Part shown: positions 29,701-38,663 of the stretch, piece by piece
Numbering within the stretch: the stretch's first letter is position 1
Layout of the letters: each line of letters starts with the position of its first letter
DNA from: an uncultured virus (IMG/VR IMGVR_UViG_3300025015_000025)
Lineage: Duplodnaviria; Heunggongvirae; Uroviricota; Caudoviricetes
Virus record (IMG/VR): IMGVR_UViG_3300025015_000025
Span: 1 to 64,000 of that record
Direction: 5' to 3' (one strand)
DNA: 64,000 nt
The notes under the pieces: model-generated
Database searches by the model: none
What the model saw: the letters and a program-made list of their open reading frames with translations, nothing else
What the model was told of the DNA's origin: nothing
Program-made: the position numbers and the translations under genes

Positions 29701-30021
29701 ATGAGAATGAGATTCTTGGGTACAGGCAGCGCATTCACAATCAAGAACTGGCAAAGCAATGTTTTGGTCGAAGTGGAAGACGGTACGGTGGTACGCCGTC
29801 TCCTGATTGATGCTGGAGGGGATATCCGGCATTCTCTCGCCGAACAGAAATTAAATTACATGGATGTTGATGCAGTCTTTATCAGTCACCTTCACGGGGA
29901 CCACGCTCAGGGATTGGAGTATTTAGGCTTCTGCAATTTCTCTATTAAAGATGGCTTTATAGGGTTTGTACAGAAGGGGCAGACGATTGAACCGGTTGAT
30001 GTGAAGGCACAGAATCGCTAA
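29701..30021 (+). pseudogene. metallo-beta-lactamase-fold (RNase Z-like) hydrolase with large internal deletion
   Basis: FLGTGSAF, LLIDAG, FISHLHGDH motif, but only 106 aa. Confidence 0.7.
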
Positions 30022-30332
30022 TGGCATGTGCTTCCTGCAACTCCGTCAACATCACAGCCCGTCACGGCTGGTTGCGTTGCTCCGATTGCGGGAAGGTCTG
30101 GCGCGACGGTGTGACCCCCATACCAAAACCCGCGTGCAATCCTCCTGTGCGTTATCCTCCAAGTGAGCTGGATACCTGCCCCTTCTGTGGGTACGTTGCC
30201 GACATGGCGGAGATGCCGGAGGGCTGGTTTGGTGTGTGCTTGGATGGAAACTGTGGGGCCATGGGTCCGGTCAGACCAACACGGGTGGAAGCCGTGACGG
30301 CGTACAACTCTCGATGGGCTCCCCCATTTTGA
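30021..30332 (+). CDS. Lar-like zinc-finger protein
   Basis: CPFCG...C...CGAMGP...EAVTAYNSR. Confidence 0.55.
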   Translation: MACASCNSVNITARHGWLRCSDCGKVWRDGVTPIPKPACNPPVRYPPSELDTCPFCGYVADMAEMPEGWFGVCLDGNCGAMGPVRPTRVEAVTAYNSRWAPPF

Positions 30333-30340
30333 AAGGAGGC

Positions 30341-31072
30341 ATGATGGTTAAGCGTATTCTCACCGTATGCAGGGATTTCGGTGTCGTAGCGCTATTGGTG
30401 CTGGCCGTGTGGCTGGGCCTCGTGGTCATCGGCCTGCAACGCAACATTATCACCATGCAGGACAAGCTCCGCATCAGTGACAGCCGCGTGGAGGCCGTGA
30501 ACGGCATCTCCGAGGATATGGGCCTAACCTTTCGCCTGGTGGACGGCATCGCGGCCCGTAACCCCAAGCTGAAAGCACGTGAGGTATCCGACATCTCCCT
30601 GTCCATTCTGCGGGCGTACAAAGCACACAGGGACCTTGGCCTTACCCTTCCGATGATTTGTGGCGTGATCCAGACGGAGAGCAACTTCCTTCCCACGGCG
30701 TTGAGCGCCAAAGGGGCCATGGGGGAGATGCAACTCATGCCGGAGACGGCGAAGGTCTACATGGAGCGGGATGGCTATCCCTATGATCTCAACTTGCTCT
30801 ACAATCCCACACTGAATATCACGTGGGGGTGCCGTCACTTAGTGGACCTCCATGTCGTCTACGAGGGGTTACCGACCGTGCGGGATCCTACCTGGCGTAA
30901 TGCCCTGCTGGCGTACCTGGGCGGCGCGGAAAATCTACGCTCGTTCTTGATCTGGGAGCACGCGGGACGGAAGTCCGCCTTCTATATACCCAAGTACGAG
31001 GACTATCCCCGTGCTGTCTTGGACGCGGCGGCGGAGTGGCAGGAAATTCTTTACGGGACGGCAAAACACTGA
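30341..31072 (+). CDS. lytic transglycosylase (SLT) with N-terminal transmembrane anchor
   Basis: IQTESNF, SAKGAMGEMQLMP.TA, NITWG..HL, ALLAY; hydrophobic N-terminus. Confidence 0.88.
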   Translation: MMVKRILTVCRDFGVVALLVLAVWLGLVVIGLQRNIITMQDKLRISDSRVEAVNGISEDMGLTFRLVDGIAARNPKLKAREVSDISLSILRAYKAHRDLGLTLPMICGVIQTESNFLPTALSAKGAMGEMQLMPETAKVYMERDGYPYDLNLLYNPTLNITWGCRHLVDLHVVYEGLPTVRDPTWRNALLAYLGGAENLRSFLIWEHAGRKSAFYIPKYEDYPRAVLDAAAEWQEILYGTAKH

Positions 31073-31148
31073 GACACTACCAGGCCCTAAATCCTTTTGA
31101 CAGGAGGGATTATAGACAGGTAGCACAGGGTTCCATTCTTCACGGCGC

Positions 31149-31189
31149 ACCCCAGAGCCAGCAGGAGTCTGCTCTGGGGTTTTTATTTT
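31149..31189 (+). terminator. intrinsic terminator
   Basis: ACCCCAGAGC...GCTCTGGGGT followed by a T-rich tract. Confidence 0.8.
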
Positions 31190-31206
31190 GACTTCCAATC
31201 TTTCTC

Positions 31207-31234
31207 TTGACAAAATGAATTCTTCCTCTATAGT
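31207..31234 (+). promoter_or_regulatory. sigma70 promoter, probably leaderless transcript
   Basis: TTGACA-16-TATAGT; 6 nt to ATG 31241. Confidence 0.75.
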
Positions 31235-31240
31235 AGTGCC

Positions 31241-31561
31241 ATGCTTGAAACCGGACTGGAACACGTCACACACCTTGCCGTGGTTGTATCCAACCCCCGG
31301 TCCTTAAAGCTATTAGGCGCAAAATTCGTGGAAATCGCGGACGTGATCGGTGAAGACAATACCTGTTGCCTTCTGGAAATGTTCGCGGGCAAGACGTTGG
31401 AGTTCCCTTCCGGGGTCGAGATATCCCGTGCGCATCAGAAGTTGCATGTCTGGCAATTGAAACGATGGGGCAAGACGGATGAGGAAATCGCCAAGAAAAC
31501 GGGCATCAGCATCGCCGACGTTCCCATGCTGGTCCAGGGCATGGACGCCCTGCTGGATTAG
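31241..31561 (+). CDS. Mor/C-family transcription activator-like HTH protein
   Basis: EIADVIGEDN...LLEMFAGKTLEFP...EEIAKKTGIS. Confidence 0.7.
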   Translation: MLETGLEHVTHLAVVVSNPRSLKLLGAKFVEIADVIGEDNTCCLLEMFAGKTLEFPSGVEISRAHQKLHVWQLKRWGKTDEEIAKKTGISIADVPMLVQGMDALLD

Positions 31562-31707
31562 GAGGCTACCTTGGAAGACAACAAACCCTGGCCGGATGAA
31601 TCTGTAGCCGTGGCACCCAAGCCGTGTCATCATGTCTGGGTCGTGGATTCGGCGACGGGGGAGAAAGTGTGTTCGCTGTGCTCGAAGCATCTGCTCCAGG
31701 ACTGATC

Positions 31708-32052
31708 ATGCCGATCTGGATGGGATGGACGATCCTAAGCCTGTTGGCGGCGTTGACGGTATTCCTGCTGACCATGACCGTGCAACTTGTCCGGTATACC
31801 CGCGCCGTCGCGGGCCAACTGGACGCCATGGGGGCCTTTTTCCAGGAAACAGAGGCTGAGTACCGCAAGCAATTGAAGGAAATCGTGGACGTACTGGCCC
31901 AGATGGCTCCCGCCTTGGTGGGGATGGCGGAGGCGATGGCAAAGAGCACGGTGACACGCCCCCTGGTGGATCGGGATCAGGAACGCTCGGAGCGCGCCAC
32001 GACGTTTGCTAAGAAGACCCTGCACGCGCAGACGGAGGACGACCTTGAGTGA
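31708..32052 (+). CDS. membrane-anchored hypothetical protein
   Basis: N-terminal transmembrane segment followed by a coiled coil. Confidence 0.55.
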   Translation: MPIWMGWTILSLLAALTVFLLTMTVQLVRYTRAVAGQLDAMGAFFQETEAEYRKQLKEIVDVLAQMAPALVGMAEAMAKSTVTRPLVDRDQERSERATTFAKKTLHAQTEDDLE

Positions 32053-32608
32053 GAAACCGGGCCTGACGAAGACCAGTAGGCTCACGTCCCGCGATCTGCT
32101 CAATTGGATATCGGAAGACGGCGCGTTCCGTCCCGACGCGCGGGATCACCTTCGCCGGATCATTGAAGAATACCTGTCCAAGCTCAACGTCATCCTCGTG
32201 GCCATTGGCCAGGATGAGTTGCCCGCCCTGCAACGCTTACATGCCGTGGAAATGGCCTTGGTGGATGAGTTGGAGGACCGCAGCCGGGAGTCCATCGGGT
32301 TCTCAGGGCTGAAAGTGCAGGACATGTCCATTCTGCTGGGGAGAATCACGGAAGCCAAGAAGGGCGTCATGGAGTTCGTCCAGGCCACGACGGAGCGCCT
32401 GGATTCTGTGGCACAGTTCCTTCAGGAGATGGACAAGGGGAAAGAAAAGAAGCCGGATAACCGCTATGTCACCATGGTACGGGCGCTATCCCCCAAGGAT
32501 CGGGAGGAGTTGCGCTTGAAGTTGGAAGAACTATACCGCGCCCACACGTGCCCGGATACTCAGACGGGGGAATATGAAAGCTATGAAAGCACAGGAGCAT
32601 CGGATTGA
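32045..32608 (+). CDS. hypothetical helical protein
   Basis: Overlaps its neighbours; codon usage typical of the window. Confidence 0.55.
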   Translation: MSEKPGLTKTSRLTSRDLLNWISEDGAFRPDARDHLRRIIEEYLSKLNVILVAIGQDELPALQRLHAVEMALVDELEDRSRESIGFSGLKVQDMSILLGRITEAKKGVMEFVQATTERLDSVAQFLQEMDKGKEKKPDNRYVTMVRALSPKDREELRLKLEELYRAHTCPDTQTGEYESYESTGASD

Positions 32609-32921
32609 GTTTGACCATCGCGGGTTCTACGGCCCTGCACCGTATCACTGCACGCTGACCTTGCAAGCCCATGACGCCTTTGAGGAGTTCTCTTTCGTCC
32701 CCGTTCCCATGATGGTGGTGATGCTGAGGCAAGCCTTGGAAGCCCGAGACGTGAAAGATACCATCGGCATGCTGTCCCTGTGGGCGAACTCCGTCATGGA
32801 AAGCACCTTGACCCTGTTGAAACAGGCGGAATGGCTGGATCGTATCAGCGCCATCCAAGTGACCGTCAAGTTTGGAGATAGCCCGCGTGTGACCGTCACT
32901 CGGGATGAGGACAAGGCGTAG
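32574..32921 (+). CDS. hypothetical protein
   Basis: RBS GGGGG; operon context. Confidence 0.55.
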   Translation: MKAMKAQEHRIEFDHRGFYGPAPYHCTLTLQAHDAFEEFSFVPVPMMVVMLRQALEARDVKDTIGMLSLWANSVMESTLTLLKQAEWLDRISAIQVTVKFGDSPRVTVTRDEDKA

Positions 32922-32924
32922 ACC

Positions 32925-33926
32925 ATGATCCAGATACAAGGCCATCCTTTGGAGTCCCTCTATCGTGAAGTCCTGACCAAGTACGCCGACGTAGTGAGTC
33001 CGTTAAAGGAGAACCGGCGTCTGTTGGCGTCCGCGCTTCTGGACAACTGGGAATACGTTCAAACCGTCCCTATTCCCGAAGGCGTAGATGAGGTCAGAAG
33101 GAAGGAGGACCTTCAGCGCATGAGCGTGTGGATGAGAGACACTATTTTGGAATTTTGCCAGCGTACTATCCTTCCGAATATCATTTCCATTCAGCCCGCC
33201 ATCCTGCGCCAAAACCATATTAAAAGCGACTTCCTATACCGTCGCGTGGAAATTAAAGAGGGCAGCGCGGATACCGTACCGGAAATAACTCTGCTGGACA
33301 CACATCACACTCTCAGCCTGCTCCTTAGAAAGATGCGCATACGGCATCTCCTGACAAGAGCGCCTGGGGAAGTCGCGCAACAACTTATTGAAGATTTCGA
33401 GGCATACTTTTTCTATATTATGCGAGATAATGGTGTAGTAATAGAACTTCCTTTGTACGATAAAACCCCGCCGGTAGCTCAGGACTGGTTTGAGCATAAT
33501 GTAAGAGCTTTTCCGGCTATGCTTTTTGCAGGGTGTTCCGAAGTACTCAAGAAAACACGAACCGTTTACCCAGATACGCTTCTCTGCGGGAAAAACGTAA
33601 TTGCCTTCGTCGAGCATCTTCCAGATTTTCTGTTAGAAAAAACAGAACGTTCAACACGGGGAATACTTTCCTTGGGTAACAAGACTTTCACCGTCTACGC
33701 CTTGGATGGTGTTCATGATGATTCATTTATCCTGCTTGCAGCCGAGAATAACGAACGGTTGCTGGCACATAATTTCATTTGGGCTCCTGGCTATCTCCTG
33801 GATATTTCAATGCCACACATAAACACGGATTTCACCTGTTGCCAAGGAACCTTTTCCTTCTATGGTTGTTCGGCTCTGTGCAAGGCCTTCGCGTACGGAA
33901 CCATCATAGCCGGAGTGCAAGCGTGA
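32925..33926 (+). CDS. divergent major-capsid paralogue (gp23/gp24-like)
   Basis: Colinear motif matches to the 53625 MCP: ALLDN/CMLEN, ISIQPA/VAMQPM, EGSADTVP/EGSADTP, LRKMRI/PRKLRI, GKNV...EHLPDF/GENV...ESLPTF. Confidence 0.75.
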   Translation: MIQIQGHPLESLYREVLTKYADVVSPLKENRRLLASALLDNWEYVQTVPIPEGVDEVRRKEDLQRMSVWMRDTILEFCQRTILPNIISIQPAILRQNHIKSDFLYRRVEIKEGSADTVPEITLLDTHHTLSLLLRKMRIRHLLTRAPGEVAQQLIEDFEAYFFYIMRDNGVVIELPLYDKTPPVAQDWFEHNVRAFPAMLFAGCSEVLKKTRTVYPDTLLCGKNVIAFVEHLPDFLLEKTERSTRGILSLGNKTFTVYALDGVHDDSFILLAAENNERLLAHNFIWAPGYLLDISMPHINTDFTCCQGTFSFYGCSALCKAFAYGTIIAGVQA

Positions 33927-35539
33927 ATATAGACTACTTAGGCTTCGGCATTATCCAGGCAGGTCGGAACGTCGGCCGGTCCGCGCGCATTCTCTCCATT
34001 CACGGGTGCGATATAAATTGTGTTCATCCGGACACATTAGTTACAATGAGTAATTTTACCCAAAAGAAAATCTCTATGCTAATTCCCGGGGATGAGATAT
34101 TAGGAGTTAAGGCAAAGGAGGGTAGGAAGAAACGAAGTATGTTGTGTAGTCAATTAGTACAGCACGTTTGGGTTTCAGGTATAAAAGAGGGTTACAGTCT
34201 TGATTTTATTTCAGGTAATATTATAGGAAGCGGTAAGCATAAAATTTATTCTACTCGCAGAGGGACCTACGCGGAGTTAAGAAACTGTAATGGAAGTACC
34301 GGTAAAATGTTCCCATCTTGTAACTGTGAATTTAATAAAACATATGCATTAGGGTATATAAACGGGGCATGCTACGGAGATGGGTGGTTTAACACGAAAC
34401 AATTTAGCATGGATACTGTCGATAAGGAGTTTGCGGATAGATTTGTGGCTATGGCATGCCTACTTAATTTTAAGATAAGATATAGCGTTGCTCCGTATAA
34501 CAAAGGATCAAAGTACACGGTTTTATACCGAATTCATACCAAGCAACGTAATTTTATATCTCTACTTGGAAATAAGAAGTTCGATAAAGGGGAACTTTTC
34601 AGGGGGTGGGTAGCGGGATTTTTTGATGCCGAGGGAAGCTGGACGAAGCACTGCGGAATCACGATGGTACAAACAAAAGATTTAAATCTTATGCAAGAAG
34701 TATCTTCAAGACTAAATAATCTCGGATACACAAATGCTCTATACACTCAAGACATTCCTAAGTTGAAGCCAAAAGTTTTATACCGCATTCAGATTAATAA
34801 AGTAAGAGACTCCCTTAAATTTTTTATGTGGGCTAATCCAGCTATTCAACGTAAATTTAGGCCTTCCGGATTAGAGGCTTTGGAACAGGTAGGGTTGCAT
34901 GTTGGTGAACAGTGCTATACCGGAGAAATGTGGGATATAGAAACGAGCACAGGTAATTTTTTTGCTAACGGATTGCTGGTGCATAATTGTTCATACTGCG
35001 ATAAAGTCCTGGGGGAAGACGGCAAGGATGTGACTGTTGACGAACTGTTCAAGGAGATCACAGCACTCCCATCGCCCAGCATGCTCCATATCAACGGCGG
35101 GGAGCCCTTGTTCCAGTCCGCTGAGTTATTGGAGATGCTTAGCCTTCTCGGCAGGCGTCCGATAGATATTGAAGTCCGCACGTCTGGAACGGTGGAAATC
35201 TTCGGACTGTTGCGCCATGATAATGTCAGGGTCTTGATGGAGTACAAACTCCCCAGTTCCGACGTTGGGTACAGAATGCTGGAATCCAACGTCCGGGCCT
35301 TGCGCGGACGGGATGACATGCTATTTTCCCCCCAGGATGACGGGGACGTGCTGAAAGCGCAGGAAATCATCCAAGCCGTGCGCTCCTATAAAACCACGGT
35401 GGCGTGCCCGGAATTCTGTTTTATCTCCTCCAGAACCAGTTATACCTTTGATGAAATGATGGATCGCATGCGGCGCATCGGTCTGCTGTGGTCTCCGGGA
35501 ATCCGTGTGCTCCGGGGCACGGACAAGATCGTATCCTGA
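33923..35539 (+). CDS. queE: QueE-like radical SAM protein (7-carboxy-7-deazaguanine synthase-like), intein-containing
   Basis: GCDIN[intein]CSYCD, INGGEPL.Q, MEYKLPSS. Confidence 0.7.
   Translation: MNIDYLGFGIIQAGRNVGRSARILSIHGCDINCVHPDTLVTMSNFTQKKISMLIPGDEILGVKAKEGRKKRSMLCSQLVQHVWVSGIKEGYSLDFISGNIIGSGKHKIYSTRRGTYAELRNCNGSTGKMFPSCNCEFNKTYALGYINGACYGDGWFNTKQFSMDTVDKEFADRFVAMACLLNFKIRYSVAPYNKGSKYTVLYRIHTKQRNFISLLGNKKFDKGELFRGWVAGFFDAEGSWTKHCGITMVQTKDLNLMQEVSSRLNNLGYTNALYTQDIPKLKPKVLYRIQINKVRDSLKFFMWANPAIQRKFRPSGLEALEQVGLHVGEQCYTGEMWDIETSTGNFFANGLLVHNCSYCDKVLGEDGKDVTVDELFKEITALPSPSMLHINGGEPLFQSAELLEMLSLLGRRPIDIEVRTSGTVEIFGLLRHDNVRVLMEYKLPSSDVGYRMLESNVRALRGRDDMLFSPQDDGDVLKAQEIIQAVRSYKTTVACPEFCFISSRTSYTFDEMMDRMRRIGLLWSPGIRVLRGTDKIVS
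34019..34987 (+). mobile_element. intein with LAGLIDADG homing endonuclease (323 aa)
   Basis: Starts CVHPDT, ends FFANGLLVHN followed by Cys; GYINGACYGDG and WVAGFFDAEG motifs; sharply AT-rich. Confidence 0.93.
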
Positions 35540-35841
35540 TGCCGCGCGGGCAAGCTCGAACGAAGTGCCTGATGGAGGAACATGACGTGCAACGGGCGTG
35601 CTTACTCATCAAGTATGCCAACACGTCGGCCAGCATTCTATCCGCCGTGGCTCTGCTGGAGGAAAACGGCTACGGCCTGCACTCCAAAGTGACGGGCAAG
35701 TGCGCCATCAATATCCAAGCCGCGCCGGACGACCCGCAGGCCATCACGCTCAAATATGTGCGCGGTCGCACCGTTCGCATGTTAGTCAAGAAAGCCAAAT
35801 GGTGGCTGACTATTGCAAAACAGCCCAAGGAGGGGTTATGA
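35539..35841 (+). CDS. hypothetical protein
   Basis: TGATG coupling. Confidence 0.5.
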   Translation: MPRGQARTKCLMEEHDVQRACLLIKYANTSASILSAVALLEENGYGLHSKVTGKCAINIQAAPDDPQAITLKYVRGRTVRMLVKKAKWWLTIAKQPKEGL

Positions 35842-36197
35842 AGGAAACGAGCATTTTAGATAACGTGAACCAAATCCGCCCCATCAGCGACAACATCTTG
35901 GTTAAGCGCGTGCCGGAGCAGGACATGACGGCGGGGGGTATTGTGATCCCCGCCAACGCCAAGAAGCCCAAGATGGAAGCGCTCGTGCTGGCCGTTGGGC
36001 GCAGGGCTACGACGGCGCAGGGCAAGCAACTGGACCAGCCTATGACCGTCAAAGTGGGGGACCGCGTGCTGATCGACCAGTTTGTAGGATCCGCGTTGAC
36101 GATTGACGGCGAGTCCTACATCCTCATGCACGAGCGGCACGTCCACGCCGTCCTGGAAGAGGGGTCGGTGGGGGAGGTCCTGGAGACAGAGGAATAG
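35838..36197 (+). CDS. groES: GroES-like co-chaperonin
   Basis: IRPISDNILVKR..TAGGIVIP...VLAVG...VKVGDRVL...GESYILM. Confidence 0.9.
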   Translation: MKETSILDNVNQIRPISDNILVKRVPEQDMTAGGIVIPANAKKPKMEALVLAVGRRATTAQGKQLDQPMTVKVGDRVLIDQFVGSALTIDGESYILMHERHVHAVLEEGSVGEVLETEE

Positions 36198-36708
36198 GCC
36201 ATGAGCGCCGCCATTCAGGGACTTCGGCGACGGGTCGTAGACATCTGCATCGACTGGGCGTTCATGCCGGATAGCGTGGGGCGGTTGAAGTCCGCCTTGG
36301 ACGCGGAACTTAATCCGGTTTTGACACACTTGTGCGCATTGGAGAAGACTATTCAAACCAAGTATCCCGAGCACGCAAACCGGGATGCTTTGGAAGTGGC
36401 GGCGGAGGTACTGAGTGGAAAAATTCCCTGGCGTACCTCTTAAACTAACAATCTCCTTGTCTACGATACGCTCAGCGGTGTGCCTCCTACGGGGCCACCG
36501 CTGGAACTTTCATGGAGTGCTATGTTACCGGTGCGGAAAGCGCGCTAAGTTGCACTACGCCCTCCAGAATACCCATTGGAAGGTGTGGGTCGTCAATATC
36601 GCAGGGGACGTACCTATATCCGGGTGTGGGCCAACACTTGGGGAAGCCAAGTTGTCCTTTGAGGAAGCGTGGAAGACCTTGTTGGGACGATCCTATCATG
36701 GGGCTTAG

Positions 36709-38655
36709 ATGAAGCGTGGGGCGGGGGTCAACACACCGGACCGCTGGCGGGAGATGGCCGATGCGCTATGGTCGGCGGATTACGTGCGCATCCCCGTTCC
36801 TCCCCGAGAATTTTTCACCAGTGAGTATTACTTCGGCGTTATGGCCAAGGGGCTGTACCCAAAGTGGCTGGAGGACCTTGAAGAAGTCCTGGACCCGCTG
36901 AATGGAATCATAGAATGGCTAATCTCGGGATCCTTGGGTACAGGCAAAACTACTGTGGCGTGTGCGGCCACGCTCTATAAAATCTATGAGCTAAGTTGCC
37001 TCATTAACCCACATGGATATTTTGATTTGATGCCTACCAGCCCCATTAGTTTTGCCATGTTTTCCTCGGACAAGTATCGTGCTGAGGGGGTGGGGTGGAC
37101 GAAGCTGAGCAATATGATCAACAGCAGCCCATACTTTCGGGAGCACTTCCCCGTCAACAAACGCCGAAAGAGCTTTGACCAGACCCAACAACAGGAAGAC
37201 TCCGCCATTATCCTTCCTAAAAATATGCGCGTTGTCATCGGATCAAAAACCCGGCACGCCTTGTCGGAGGATATTATTGGCGGGATACTGGATGAGGTAA
37301 ATTTCCGGGAAGGTAAGGGGGGGTGGGACACAGAAGGCATCAACAGCGCATTGAACATGTACAATTCCGTTGAACGCCGACGCAAGAGCCGGTTTGAAGA
37401 ACGTGGGCGCGTCCCCGGCTTGCTTGTGTTGGTATCTTCTTGCACGGCGACCTCTTCCTTCTTAGATATTCACATTGAGAAATCCAGGGGCAATCCGCAG
37501 GTGAAAGTCTCGTCCTATGCGGTATGGGACGTGAAGAAGCCTGAGAAGTACTCTAAGAAGCGGTTCTACGTGTTTATCGGAGAGTCCACAGGAAAGCATA
37601 AGATTATGTCTCCTGAGGAAGCTACCGCCTTAGGCATTAAACCAACTATGAAGGATGATGAGGTACGCCGGGCGTTCCCGGCCGTGCTCCCCGTTCCCGA
37701 GGATTTCCGAGCGGAATTCGAGCGGGACCTTCCCAGCGCCATCCAGGACATCGGGGGCGTCAGCACGGGGGCGTTCAACTACTTTGTCGGGAATATCCAG
37801 GTGGTCAAGGACGCCATGCGCTCAACGCGGCAGCATCCATTCTCCGGGGAGAAGTTCGCGCAGTTCACGACGCCGCAGATCCGTCTGGGTGTCAAGTCCA
37901 ATACCACCATCACCGATCATCTCCTTCTCCAGCATCTCGTCCGCAAGGGGTTGGATGGCCGGTTTCGGCCCATTCACCATCCGGGGGCATCACGCGCTAT
38001 TCACGTTGATTTGTCGGAATCCATCGACGCCACGGGGATATCCATGGAATGCATCCCCCGCCTGGCCGTATCCGTGGAGCAGGTAGGTGATCAACAAATC
38101 CGCTCCCTCCTTCCCGTGGTGTGGCTGGACTTTGCTCTGCGCATCGTCGCCATGAAAGGGGACCAGATTGACTTTGACAAAATCGTGGAGTTCATCTGCC
38201 TACTAAGGGACGGCTTTGGGTTCCCTATTCGGTTCGTCAGTTTTGACAGTTTTCAAAGTACCCACGCCCTGCAACTGCTGATGAAATCAGGATTTGAGGT
38301 TAAAAAGGTATCTCCAGACAAGACGCCGGACCCGTACAAGCAGTTCCTGGAACTCTGCATCTCCCGGCGCATGGAAATGTACAACCATGACTTTCTGTTG
38401 TGGGAGATTCAGCATCTCATCAAAGACAGCAGTCGCAAGACCATCAAAATAGAACATGAGCGGGACAAGGGGAAGGACGTGGCCGATTCCGTAGTCTGCG
38501 CCGCCTACAGGTTGTTGACGGAGTATGCCGCTGGAAAAATAAGCATTCTCCAACCGACAACGGCGCGTAGTGTCCCGAAGGGGGCCGGACTTGTCAGAAC
38601 AGTAGCAACCGAAACCGAAGACGAATCCTGGGTTACGCAGGGTTATAAACCTTAG
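36709..38655 (+). CDS. terminase large subunit
   Basis: Walker A GSLGTGKT, Walker B ILDEVNF, coupling LVSS, nuclease IHVDLS...D..KDVADSV. Confidence 0.88.
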   Translation: MKRGAGVNTPDRWREMADALWSADYVRIPVPPREFFTSEYYFGVMAKGLYPKWLEDLEEVLDPLNGIIEWLISGSLGTGKTTVACAATLYKIYELSCLINPHGYFDLMPTSPISFAMFSSDKYRAEGVGWTKLSNMINSSPYFREHFPVNKRRKSFDQTQQQEDSAIILPKNMRVVIGSKTRHALSEDIIGGILDEVNFREGKGGWDTEGINSALNMYNSVERRRKSRFEERGRVPGLLVLVSSCTATSSFLDIHIEKSRGNPQVKVSSYAVWDVKKPEKYSKKRFYVFIGESTGKHKIMSPEEATALGIKPTMKDDEVRRAFPAVLPVPEDFRAEFERDLPSAIQDIGGVSTGAFNYFVGNIQVVKDAMRSTRQHPFSGEKFAQFTTPQIRLGVKSNTTITDHLLLQHLVRKGLDGRFRPIHHPGASRAIHVDLSESIDATGISMECIPRLAVSVEQVGDQQIRSLLPVVWLDFALRIVAMKGDQIDFDKIVEFICLLRDGFGFPIRFVSFDSFQSTHALQLLMKSGFEVKKVSPDKTPDPYKQFLELCISRRMEMYNHDFLLWEIQHLIKDSSRKTIKIEHERDKGKDVADSVVCAAYRLLTEYAAGKISILQPTTARSVPKGAGLVRTVATETEDESWVTQGYKP

Positions 38656-38663
38656 GAGGCACT

